Origin: an uncultured Gammaproteobacteria bacterium | Lineage (GTDB): Bacteria > Patescibacteriota > Microgenomatia > UBA8517 | Length of the DNA stretch: 64,000 nt | Assembly: GCA_964617045.1 (NCBI GenBank) | Contig: CAZTVZ010000002.1 | Coordinates: forward strand, 12,095 to 76,094 | Direction of reading: 5' to 3' | Part shown: positions 1-8,516 of the stretch, one piece after another | Layout of the letters: each line of letters opens with the position of its first letter | Numbering within the stretch: position 1 is the first letter of the stretch | Notes under the pieces: model-generated | What the model was told of the DNA's origin: nothing | Seen by the model: only the letters and a program-made list of their open reading frames with translations | The model's database searches: none | Program-made: the position numbers and the translations under genes

Positions 1-1065
1 GAAAAGGAATTAAATCTGAGGCTGAATAAAAACGTCGGTGAATGGGATTGGGATTTACTTGCCAAATTCGACGAAAGCTTTTTATCTACAGTGGGTTTTT
101 CAAGTGAGGAGCTGGATGAAGTTTTTGATATAGACATAAACCCTGAGATATTTGATCTCAAAAAAGAACTTCAGAAATTGAGTATTACTAAAATCGAAGC
201 TCAAAAAGGAGATATCTATCAGCTTGGGCCTCACAAAATAATGGTCGGTGACTCAACCATCGAAAGCGACATACTAAAACTTATGGACGGTGAAAAAGCT
301 GACATGTGTTTCACTGATGAGCCATATTTAATTTCATACTTAACCGGCAAAACAAAACATGGAAAAGCAACAACTGGGTTCGGTGCAAAGAGAGATAGAA
401 GATATCTGGAAACGGAATCATTACCGGATAATTTCATGGATTTGTGGATGGATAATGTGGCTAAGGTGCAAAAGGAAGATTTTAGCATTATTTCTTTCGA
501 GAATTGGAAAAACCTCCCAAAGATGTGGGAGGCAATATCCAAGTACTGGAAGATCAGAAATTTAATAATTTGGCACCTACCCAATAGAATGCAGGGATTT
601 GCAGCAAAGTATAAATTTTTTAACAAATATGATATAGCTCTCTTGGGAACTAATTCATCAGATAAGTCTGATCTCAACTTAGAGCCTGAAGAGGAACTTT
701 TGCAAAATGAGTATCAAACGGCTTTGTATGCAACAAGTGGAAAACCCACCTGGGAAAAATACGAAAAAGGCAAAAAGTATTGTCCTACTGATTTTGTTGA
801 ATATAAAGCTGCAGATGAAAAAAGTTCTGGGCAAGGGATAATCTTCGGAACCAAGCCCGTAGAGATACTTTTGCCTTATCTCAAAGTCCTTACAAAAAGA
901 AACGATTTAGTAATTGAGCCTTTCTGCGGAAGTGGTAGCACCATGGTCAGTTGCGAAAAACTCAAAAGACGTTGCTATTCTATGGAAAAAAGCCCTGTTT
1001 ACGCTATGGTTGCAATTCACAGATGGGAGAAATTGACTGGACAGAAAGCTGTAAAAATAAAATGA
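1..1065 (+). CDS. ParB-like N-terminal domain / DNA N6-adenine or N4-cytosine methyltransferase (5'-truncated by window edge)
   Basis: Frame is open from base 1 (EKELNLRLNKNVGEWDWDLL, typical end of a ParB-like domain). Contains GDIYQLGPHKIMVGDS, motif IV variant FTDEPY, TKPVE, motif I EPFCGSGST and the C-terminal RWEKLTG typical of phage-type methylases. Confidence 0.85.
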   Translation, partial: EKELNLRLNKNVGEWDWDLLAKFDESFLSTVGFSSEELDEVFDIDINPEIFDLKKELQKLSITKIEAQKGDIYQLGPHKIMVGDSTIESDILKLMDGEKADMCFTDEPYLISYLTGKTKHGKATTGFGAKRDRRYLETESLPDNFMDLWMDNVAKVQKEDFSIISFENWKNLPKMWEAISKYWKIRNLIIWHLPNRMQGFAAKYKFFNKYDIALLGTNSSDKSDLNLEPEEELLQNEYQTALYATSGKPTWEKYEKGKKYCPTDFVEYKAADEKSSGQGIIFGTKPVEILLPYLKVLTKRNDLVIEPFCGSGSTMVSCEKLKRRCYSMEKSPVYAMVAIHRWEKLTGQKAVKIK

Positions 1066-1493
1066 CAAACTCAATTATAAAAAGACAATCAGCCCTGAAA
1101 AAAGATTTATTGGAAAAACTAAAGGAAACGCCCGTAGTTGAAGTTGCTTGCAGAAAAATCGGGATAGCTAGAGCCACATATTACAGATGGAGAATGAATG
1201 ATGAGAAGTTTGCAAAAGAAGCGGAGTTGGCCCTAGAAGCCGGGTCAGCATTAGTAAACGACATGGCGGAGAGCCAACTTCTAACGGCCATCAAGGATCA
1301 AAATATGACGGCTATCATTTATTGGTTAAATCATCACCATCCTGCATACGCCACTAAAATTGAGGTAACGGCGAATTTAAAAAATCAAAACGAAACATTA
1401 ACTCCTGAACAGGAGGCGTTGGTGACAAAAGCCTTACAGTTGGCTTCACTAATTCCGGCAGTAGAAAAGGAAGAAAAGGAGGGACAAAAATGA
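1062..1493 (+). CDS. HTH protein, putative terminase small subunit (phBC6A51-like)
   Basis: VEVACRKIGIARATYYRW HTH and DMAESQLL..I...AIIYWL segment. ATGA overlaps with both the methylase stop and the terminase start; ATG at 1062 preferred over 951. Confidence 0.7.
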   Translation: MTNSIIKRQSALKKDLLEKLKETPVVEVACRKIGIARATYYRWRMNDEKFAKEAELALEAGSALVNDMAESQLLTAIKDQNMTAIIYWLNHHHPAYATKIEVTANLKNQNETLTPEQEALVTKALQLASLIPAVEKEEKEGQK

Positions 1494-3004
1494 CTTATTT
1501 TCCACAGCTCGGCAAAGAAGAATTGGACAAGATCAGGAAAGACAGAAAAATAAGACGTGCTCTGGCAAGGAAGAGTCATTATTGGTTCTTCTCACTTTAC
1601 CTTCCTCACTACATTACGTGCGAATTTGCGCCGTTTCACCACGAGATATTCAAACTAACCGAAGAAGATGTCGAGTTTGCCGTTCTTGTCGCATTCCGCG
1701 GATCGGCAAAATCAACTTTAGTCACCCTCTCGTATGTGATTTGGGCAATCACTGGAATTCAGCAAAAGAAGTTTGTGTTAATCGTCAGTCAAACTCAAGC
1801 ACAGGCAAAACTGCACTTGGAAAATATAAAACGGGAACTTGAGAACAATGACCTACTAAAAGCTGATATAGGTCCATTTGAATCACCGAAAGATGAGTGG
1901 GGGTCAAATTCGATTGTAATTCCAAAGTTTGGAGCAAGAATTGCAGCAGTTTCTACCGAGCAAAGCATCCGTGGAGTCAGACATGGTCAATACAGACCAG
2001 ACCTCATTATTTGCGACGACATTGAGGATATTAACAGCGTTAAAACCAAAGAGGGGCGGGACAGAACCAACACCTGGTTTAATGCTGAAATTGTTCCGGT
2101 AGGTGACAAAGGTACAAAAACATTGGTAATCGGAAATCTTCTCCATGAAGACAGTTTGATAATGAGATTCAAAAAATCTATCTATGAGGGAAGATTATCG
2201 GGAGAATTTTTTGAATATCCGCTTCTTGATGACAGCAAAAATATTCTGTGGCCAGCCAAATACCCAACAATGGAAGATGTTGAAAAACTAAAGAAAACAT
2301 TTTTGCAGGAATCAGCTTTCTATCGGGAATATTTACTTAAAATAATTTCAGATGAGGACAGAATTGTTAAACGTGAGTGGATTAAATATTATGATGATCT
2401 CCCTTCTCCGGACGCAGATGATTTTGAATTTGCAGGTGTAGGAATCGATCTTGCCATCTCTGAAAGAGAATCGGCAGATTATACAGCCATGGTGTCCGCG
2501 TATATGTTCAGTCGTGATGAAAATCTGCGTGTATATATTCTTCCTAATCCCATAAACAAAAGAATGGATTTTCCGACAACAGTTAATATTGCAATTTCAC
2601 TTTCAAAAACGGTTGTGCATGGAGAACAGACAAAATTATTTATTGAGGAGGTTGGCTACCAAAAGGCTTTTATTGATTACCTGAGTAGCAAAAACATTCC
2701 CGTTGAGGGAGTTCAAGTCCATGGGCAGGATAAAAGAACACGTCTTGCCCTCGTAACTCACATAATTCAGCAGGGGAAAGTTTGGTTTCCAAGGCACGGT
2801 GCCGAAGAATTGATTAACCAACTGACTGGATTTGGAATCGAAAGACATGATGATTTAGCTGATGCATTTTCATTGTTACTTCTTAAAATACTTGAGGAGG
2901 CCAGTAAACCAGGGTTCCAATTTTGTATTGTCGATTGTTCACGACCGTATATAGACAATTTGTTCCGCGAGTTTCATGGAGATGATCCAGATGATTGGGA
3001 CTAG
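1490..3004 (+). CDS. Phage terminase large subunit
   Basis: Walker A AFRGSAKST, Walker B RPDLIICDD, C-terminal RNase H-like nuclease motifs GIDLA, DYTA and HDDLADA. Confidence 0.9.
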   Translation: MTYFPQLGKEELDKIRKDRKIRRALARKSHYWFFSLYLPHYITCEFAPFHHEIFKLTEEDVEFAVLVAFRGSAKSTLVTLSYVIWAITGIQQKKFVLIVSQTQAQAKLHLENIKRELENNDLLKADIGPFESPKDEWGSNSIVIPKFGARIAAVSTEQSIRGVRHGQYRPDLIICDDIEDINSVKTKEGRDRTNTWFNAEIVPVGDKGTKTLVIGNLLHEDSLIMRFKKSIYEGRLSGEFFEYPLLDDSKNILWPAKYPTMEDVEKLKKTFLQESAFYREYLLKIISDEDRIVKREWIKYYDDLPSPDADDFEFAGVGIDLAISERESADYTAMVSAYMFSRDENLRVYILPNPINKRMDFPTTVNIAISLSKTVVHGEQTKLFIEEVGYQKAFIDYLSSKNIPVEGVQVHGQDKRTRLALVTHIIQQGKVWFPRHGAEELINQLTGFGIERHDDLADAFSLLLLKILEEASKPGFQFCIVDCSRPYIDNLFREFHGDDPDDWD

Positions 3005-3009
3005 TTACT

Positions 3010-3225
3010 TCAAAAGAGGTCGGAGATATCAGTCTTCAGCACTTTAGAAATTTTTGAGAGAAGTTTGAGGGATGGGGATTTCCTGCCCTGTTCGATATGC
3101 CCCATATGAGTTCTACTAATGTCTAGCTTGCTAGCCAGCCCCTCTTGAGACAGGTCAAGAGATTTTCTAAGCCTTTGGATTTTCTTCCCGAGTCTTTCTT
3201 TAGTTTGTTTAGTACTTCTGATCAT
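3010..3225 (-). CDS. XRE-family HTH regulator (controller-protein-like)
   Basis: 71 aa; LGKKIQRLR..LSQEGLA..ISRTHMGHIEQGRKSPSL..ISDLF matches the Cro/C1-type HTH pattern. Confidence 0.9.
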   Translation of the reverse strand: MIRSTKQTKERLGKKIQRLRKSLDLSQEGLASKLDISRTHMGHIEQGRKSPSLKLLSKISKVLKTDISDLF

Positions 3226-3356
3226 AAGCTATTATTGATAGCTATTAGGTCTCAATCTACTAGCCATAAGCGAGCATATAGCCTCAACTTATGCTTGACT
3301 TTGAGGCAATTTACATGCATCATTCAGGTAATAGGAAAGAAAGGGGGTGAAATTTA

Positions 3357-3905
3357 ATGAAGAAACAATGTAAAGCTTGTAAATCAGAAATTGACGCAAA
3401 AGCCACTAAATGTCCGAAGTGTGGGGCTGACCAGAGAAATTGGTTTAGAAAACACCCTATTTTGACCGTTATTTTGGCACTTATTCTAATAGGAATGATT
3501 GGAGGTGCTGCCGGAGGCGATAAAAGTAGTTCCTCACAGTCAGAAAATAAACAACAGACAAAGGAGACTACTCAACCATCGCAAGAGGTTATTGTTGTCG
3601 CAGCACAAACCTTAGTTGGAGAATATGATAAAAATAAGCTTTCGGCACAAGATAAATATACAGGTAAACTAGTTCAAACAACCGGATATATAGTCAATAT
3701 CAGCAACGATATTACCGGAAGTTATTATCTATCTTTGAAACCAAACAACGATCAATATTACTTTGGTACCACAATTGCTTGCTATTTTGACAATAAGGAC
3801 GATCTAACATCCCTTGAGAAAGATCAAAAAGTAACAGTAAAAGGGAAAATGCAAGACATGACCTTGGGAATAGTAAATATTAAGGATTGTGAATTGGTTA
3901 AATAA
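3357..3905 (+). CDS. Zinc-ribbon + TM + OB-fold (tRNA_anti-like) membrane protein
   Basis: CKAC..CPKCG ribbon, WFRKHPILT followed by a TM helix, C-terminal L..EY..N..A..KY.GK.V..G OB-fold pattern; SD AAGGGGGTG upstream. Confidence 0.75.
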   Translation: MKKQCKACKSEIDAKATKCPKCGADQRNWFRKHPILTVILALILIGMIGGAAGGDKSSSSQSENKQQTKETTQPSQEVIVVAAQTLVGEYDKNKLSAQDKYTGKLVQTTGYIVNISNDITGSYYLSLKPNNDQYYFGTTIACYFDNKDDLTSLEKDQKVTVKGKMQDMTLGIVNIKDCELVK

Positions 3906-4023
3906 AACGCTTTAGCCTTGGTAAAACAGTGACCGACCAGGGCTAGAGTTGTTTTAGGTGGTTTTTCTAAATCTTCAGATTGCGTCTGGACTTCACCCAC
4001 ACCTGCGGTACTCTCCCTTTAGG

Positions 4024-5337
4024 ATGCAAATAAGTCAGAACCAGGAACAAGAAATAATACCAATTGAGTATTGCCTTTATGCGAGAAAATCTTCCGAAAG
4101 TGACGAAAGGCAGGCAATGTCGATCGATTCACAGATAAAGGAAATGACTGATCTGGCAAAGAAAGAAAACCTAATAATTAGTGAGGTCAGACAAGAAAGT
4201 CATTCGGCCAAAGAGTCGGGACAAAGACCTGTGTTTGTACAACTTTTAAATGATCTGAGAAATGGAATTTTTGACGGAATTTTGACATGGGCTCCGGATA
4301 GGCTTTCCAGAAATGCCGGAGACTTGGGGATGTTGGTTGATTTAATGGATCAAGGAAAACTTCTAAAAATTAGAACTTTTTCCCAAACGTTTTCCAACAC
4401 ACCAAATGAGAAGTTCCTCCTCATGATTCTTTGTTCTCAAGCAAAGCTTGAAAATGATCAAAAGGGAGTGAATGTTAAACGGGGAATTCGGCATAAATGT
4501 GAGATGGGCTGGAGACCGGGAATGGCTCCAATCGGATATTACAACAGGGCATTTAATGGAGTTAAAGATATTGTTGTTGATCCGGATAGAGGCCATTTAA
4601 TAACTGAAATGTTTGAAAAAGCGATTAACGGAGAACATGGTAGATCGATTAAAAAGTGGGCAGATAAGGCGGGACTTAATAATCGGTCAGGAAAACCAAT
4701 TTATCTATCACAAATATACAGAATGCTTAAAGATACTTTCTATTATGGAGAATTTGAATATCCTGTTAACAGCGGAATTTGGTACAAAGGCTCCTACCCA
4801 CACTTGGTTACTAAAGAAATGTTTTTAAAGGTTCAAAAACTCAGAATGAGCATCCCGCCAAAAGCCAAATGGCGCAGTAAAAATATCTTATTCAGAGGAC
4901 TATTTAAATGTGCCAGTTGCCAAGCAGGAGTAACCTGTGAAGAGTCTTTCAGAGAAAGATTACACGGAGAGCCCAGGAGACACGTCTACTATCACTGTGG
5001 AAGAATCAGGGATCCAAATTGCAAAGAACCATTCGTGTCAGAAGAAAAATTAATTAGCTCATTAAATAAATACATCAGCTTTATGGCAAATAATCATCCT
5101 CAAACTGTTAGGTTGTCTCAAAAGATTAAAATTGGAATGGAAGCATATAACAATATTCGAGAAGAAGCCCTGATCCAACAGAATATCAATCCCAAAGGCA
5201 AGGCCCTGTCTTTTAACGAGTATGCCCAACACATTTTGAGGAACGGAACAAACGAGGAGAAAAAGGAAATGGCCATGGCTTTTGATAAACAACTCTATCT
5301 TCACAACAGAGAAGTCTGCGGGGCGCCGATCAAATAA
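4024..5337 (+). CDS. Large serine recombinase (resolvase + recombinase + Zn-ribbon domains)
   Basis: YCLYARKSSE catalytic Ser motif, DRLSRN, GWRPGMAPIGY, FKCASC..YYHCG..C. ATG at 4024 is the likely start. Confidence 0.92.
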   Translation: MQISQNQEQEIIPIEYCLYARKSSESDERQAMSIDSQIKEMTDLAKKENLIISEVRQESHSAKESGQRPVFVQLLNDLRNGIFDGILTWAPDRLSRNAGDLGMLVDLMDQGKLLKIRTFSQTFSNTPNEKFLLMILCSQAKLENDQKGVNVKRGIRHKCEMGWRPGMAPIGYYNRAFNGVKDIVVDPDRGHLITEMFEKAINGEHGRSIKKWADKAGLNNRSGKPIYLSQIYRMLKDTFYYGEFEYPVNSGIWYKGSYPHLVTKEMFLKVQKLRMSIPPKAKWRSKNILFRGLFKCASCQAGVTCEESFRERLHGEPRRHVYYHCGRIRDPNCKEPFVSEEKLISSLNKYISFMANNHPQTVRLSQKIKIGMEAYNNIREEALIQQNINPKGKALSFNEYAQHILRNGTNEEKKEMAMAFDKQLYLHNREVCGAPIK

Positions 5338-5338
5338 A

Positions 5339-5857
5339 TCAGGGCATAAAGAAGTAGCCATACTCATCAAACGGAAAATGTCCCGAAGGTCGGTTAAGAA
5401 GAATATCCGCTATTTGCCAGGCATCCATATTTTCGGAAATCCTGTATTCGGCGTTCGTATCAATGGTACGGTTTTTATCAACTACAATTGCTTTATCACT
5501 CGGAGTAACGTCTTTCGTATGCTCCAATGCATATCGAAGTGATTTTTCATCTCTAACAAAACCATAATAGGCAAGATTTCCCACAAGTGCATCTAAAGTA
5601 ACATTAGTATTTATTCTTAGATTGATGTTTCCGTCGACCCCCGGTCTTGATCTTGTTTCGGATGCTTCCTGGGGAGTCATATGGAGCCTTTCAATAAAAT
5701 AGTCCTCAACCTTTTTTGGAGAGCTCCAGCCCCTTCCAGGAGCTTTAACATTCTCCATGTTAGGCTTTTTTTCAGACAGGAAAAAGGCTGAAACTCCAAG
5801 AACTAAAAGAACTCCAACAATAATCAAATACCTGTTTTTGAGAAGCTTTTTAGCCAT
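5339..5857 (-). CDS. Membrane-anchored hypothetical protein; C-terminus resembles the MltG N-terminal region
   Basis: N-terminal TM helix; AEYRISENMDAWQIADILL resembles the GxYxxxxxMxxxEILxxL stretch of MltG/YceG; TATAAT 9 nt upstream of the ATG. Confidence 0.6.
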   Translation of the reverse strand: MAKKLLKNRYLIIVGVLLVLGVSAFFLSEKKPNMENVKAPGRGWSSPKKVEDYFIERLHMTPQEASETRSRPGVDGNINLRINTNVTLDALVGNLAYYGFVRDEKSLRYALEHTKDVTPSDKAIVVDKNRTIDTNAEYRISENMDAWQIADILLNRPSGHFPFDEYGYFFMP

Positions 5858-6097
5858 ATCCAGTCAATTATATCTCATAAACTCAAACAAAGTAGAGATT
5901 CGAACGGAGGTTTTTCGAGGGTAAACGATGGTTATAGTCCTCCTCTTTCAAAATAGCACTTTAGACGGAAAATACGGGCTATTCGAGAGAGTCGGGTCAC
6001 TGAGGCTGCACACGCTTGCTGCCAGAAAGTGATTCTCACTCCAGCCTCAGGGTCCAGGTATTATTTTGTCAGTTTACACCAACATTTGCTTTAGAAC

Positions 6098-6131
6098 AAA
6101 AAGATTCCACCCAATACTTGGGTGGAATCTT
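6098..6131 (-). terminator. Intrinsic terminator downstream of hsp20
   Basis: Perfect 14-bp inverted repeat AAGATTCCACCCAA-tac-TTGGGTGGAATCTT followed by a T run on the minus strand. Confidence 0.8.
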
Positions 6132-6153
6132 AATTGAGTGTCTAAATTGACAC

Positions 6154-6582
6154 TTACTCACCAAGTGTTTTAACTTGGATTTTTTTCGGTTGCGCTTTTG
6201 GAGACTTCGCAAAGGCGATTGTCATTACTCCATGTTTATACGTAGCCTCTGGATCTTTAGTAGTATCTACATCCCCAGGAATAGCTACTCGATAGGAAAA
6301 TGATTGACTTGCCTTTCGGTAGTATTTCTTTTTCTTATCCTCTTCCTCTTCTTTTTTCTCTCCTCGAACCCAAACATATCCGTCCTGGAATGTCACATCC
6401 ACATTTTTAGGATCAATACCGGGAACGGCTGCTTCCACATAGACGTTATTTTCGTCTTCATAGATCGAAAGACCGCTTTGGGTTGAAGGGGAAGTTAACC
6501 ACTCCTCGTCTTCATCCCAAAAGTCTGGAAGAGAAAGGCTTGGAAAAGATAAAAGCCTTCTTGGAATTAGACTATTTGTCAT
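6154..6582 (-). CDS. Hsp20/alpha-crystallin small heat-shock protein
   Basis: IYEDENNVYVEAAVPG..VDVTF..VRGEK and ATYKHGVMTI motifs; SD GAAAGGAGGTG upstream of ATG 6582. Confidence 0.93.
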   Translation of the reverse strand: MTNSLIPRRLLSFPSLSLPDFWDEDEEWLTSPSTQSGLSIYEDENNVYVEAAVPGIDPKNVDVTFQDGYVWVRGEKKEEEEDKKKKYYRKASQSFSYRVAIPGDVDTTKDPEATYKHGVMTIAFAKSPKAQPKKIQVKTLGE

Positions 6583-6606
6583 TTTTCTCACCTCCTTTCA
6601 TGTATA

Positions 6607-6641
6607 TTAGCAGTCTAATAAATGGAGTGCCAATTTGTCAA
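6607..6641 (-). promoter_or_regulatory. CIRCE (HrcA operator) overlapping the hsp20 promoter
   Basis: TTAGCAGTC-N9-GAGTGCCAA (6607-6633) versus consensus TTAGCACTC-N9-GAGTGCTAA; minus-strand TTGACA (6636-6641) and TAGACT (6612-6617). Confidence 0.85.
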
Positions 6642-6774
6642 GAGGGTTTTTAATTTGAGGTAGAAATAGTCCTGAATAACAAGGGTACGGTCCGAGACTT
6701 CTTAAAATAAGATGACACTTAGCAAACAGAATCGGGCTTTTTTAGAGCTTAGGGTCGCTTGGTGTCCAGTCTTG

Positions 6775-6845
6775 CTGCGGGTCAGGGATTCGAACCCCAA
6801 TAGGCAGATCCAGAATCTGCAGTCCTACCGTTAGACGAACCCGCA
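6775..6845 (-). tRNA. tRNA-Gln(CTG)
   Basis: Minus strand reads TGCGGGT..CTAACGGTAGG..GCAGA-TT-CTG-GA-TCTGC..GGGGTTCGAATCCC..ACCCGCA-G. CCA is not encoded. TGaTAAAAT promoter just upstream. Confidence 0.95.
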
Positions 6846-6890
6846 TTATATCTTCAGTGTGATTTTATCAAATTGCGAAAGAAAATGGTT

Positions 6891-6927
6891 GCGGGGGATT
6901 GTTTTTTTTGGAAAAACTTTCCCCCGC
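6891..6927. terminator. GC-rich hairpin between the 79-aa ORF and the tRNA-Gln promoter
   Basis: GCGGGGGA...TCCCCCGC inverted repeat. Confidence 0.4.
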
Positions 6928-6967
6928 TTTGGCTGGTACATTTGGCTGTCAACCCGTTTTACAGCTT

Positions 6968-7207
6968 TTAGCTGTTAAGTATTTTTAACGCTTTGTCAGT
7001 AAAACTGACTCGGTTATTCTTATCAATTTGAATAATTTCATATCGTATTAATGGCTTTGCATCACAAGCGGTAGGTGAGGCAGTGCCTTTAAAATTGGGA
7101 TTCTTGTTCATCATATTGACCAAGTTTCTGGCCATCTCCATGGAAATGCCGTTTATGTGTAAACTTGTGAGCTCTTCCTCGAGAGCTTTCCAATTATATA
7201 TAGTCAT
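6968..7207 (-). CDS. Small hypothetical protein
   Basis: 79-aa ORF with SD-like AAGGAGAG upstream; fills an otherwise empty interval. No recognised family. Confidence 0.5.
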   Translation of the reverse strand: MTIYNWKALEEELTSLHINGISMEMARNLVNMMNKNPNFKGTASPTACDAKPLIRYEIIQIDKNNRVSFTDKALKILNS

Positions 7208-7374
7208 GTTTGTTTCTCTCCTTAGGACTAATGAGACAACGCAGGTGTTGTCTTTTATGTTGAACAGCCTTTATGTGCCAATGTGCCACCTATAAAAAGG
7301 TTATAGGTTCTTGTAGTATACAATTAGCCTCAAAAATTGTCAAAACTAGCCTGAGAAAGTATACTTTTAGGGGT

Positions 7375-8121
7375 ATGAATACGCTTGTTGCCGGTTTTTT
7401 AGGAGTAGTTCAGGGATTAACCGAATTCCTGCCTGTTTCCTCTTCGGGACACCTGGTTCTTTTTCAGAAACTGATTCCTAGTTTTTCTCAACCGGGGCTT
7501 ACTTTTGATGTTATTCTTCACTTCGGAACGCTTTTTGCCGTTCTTTTCTATTTCAGAAAAGATCTTTTAAAAATTAAATTCAGATACCTTTGGTTTTTAG
7601 GTATCGGTACGATACCTGCACTTCTTGTTGGTGTATTTGCCAGAGATTGGATAGAAGGAATGTTTGATAGTGGGAGTACCCTTTGGTTAGAATTTTTGGT
7701 TTCGGCACTGGTCAACTATTTGATATGGAAAATTATTCCCAAAGAGGGAGAGGTTAATACCAGAAACTCTTTTGTTACCGGTATTGCACAGGCAATTGCA
7801 ATCATACCCGCAATCAGCAGGTCTGGTGCAACAATATTTGCAGGACTTGTGCAGGGGGTTAAACCACAGGAGGCAGTAAAATATTCTTTTCTTCTTTCCG
7901 TACCAGCGATACTTGGGGCAAATATTCTTGAACTATTTTCTCTATCCTCTCAGGGTGTGGGTACGATAAACATTTTTGACTATTCCATAGGTTTTCTTGC
8001 GGCTTTCATCTCGGGTTTTTTCGCCATAAAACTTGTCTCAAAACTACTTCTCAATAGAAAATTCCTTTTCTTTGCCATTTACTGTGTAGTCGTTGCGGGA
8101 GTTGCTCTACTTGTTGATTAA
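7375..8121 (+). CDS. uppP: Undecaprenyl-diphosphate phosphatase
   Basis: VQGLTEFLPVSSSGH, HFGT and PAISRSGAT BacA motifs. Start at ATG 7375 after TTGTCA-17-TATACT. Confidence 0.95.
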   Translation: MNTLVAGFLGVVQGLTEFLPVSSSGHLVLFQKLIPSFSQPGLTFDVILHFGTLFAVLFYFRKDLLKIKFRYLWFLGIGTIPALLVGVFARDWIEGMFDSGSTLWLEFLVSALVNYLIWKIIPKEGEVNTRNSFVTGIAQAIAIIPAISRSGATIFAGLVQGVKPQEAVKYSFLLSVPAILGANILELFSLSSQGVGTINIFDYSIGFLAAFISGFFAIKLVSKLLLNRKFLFFAIYCVVVAGVALLVD

Positions 8122-8478
8122 AGGCAGAATCTTCGGAAGAAAAATAAACAGTCCAACAACGACAGAAAGAAGAGCTGACACAAATACAGCCGCGGCGGCC
8201 ACGTCTTTTGCTACTTTTGCTCTAGGTCTTCTTTTTGGTGATACTAAATCGGTTATTGCTTCCAGTGACGTGTTGATAAATTCGAGTATCAATACGAATG
8301 CAATCGTAAATGCCAATATTATCCACTCGGTGCTATTGATATTAAAGACAAATCCAAAAATTACGGCGAGAATCGCAAAACCCAAGTGAATTCTGATATT
8401 GGGTTCGTTTTTTATTGCTTCCACTATACCGTCCATAGCGTATCCGAAACTTGCAGTGGTGGAATGACGCTTGCTCAT
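8107..8478 (-). CDS. dgkA: Diacylglycerol/undecaprenol kinase
   Basis: SFGYAMDG..EPNIRIH, EFINTSLE..DL and KVAKDVAAAAV motifs. Confidence 0.92.
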   Translation of the reverse strand: MSKRHSTTASFGYAMDGIVEAIKNEPNIRIHLGFAILAVIFGFVFNINSTEWIILAFTIAFVLILEFINTSLEAITDLVSPKRRPRAKVAKDVAAAAVFVSALLSVVVGLFIFLPKILPLINK

Positions 8479-8516
8479 ATACTTAAAGTATAGCAAAGGT
8501 TATGTTAGGATGAATT

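Larger units (their letters stand above)
1..5337. mobile_element. Right part of an integrated phage-derived/integrative element; may extend to tRNA-Gln at 6775
   Basis: Clustered methylase, terminase pair, XRE regulator and serine recombinase. The left boundary lies outside the window. Confidence 0.75.

Noticed and set aside
951-1061. Longer N-terminus for the terS-like ORF
   Set aside because: It overlaps the methylase C-terminus; ATG 1062 gives a typical ATGA coupling.
5990-6060. SRP RNA or known riboswitch identity for the hairpin
   Set aside because: The SRP domain IV motif (CAGG..GNRA..AGCA) and riboswitch consensus sequences that I can recognise are absent; kept only as an unassigned structure.
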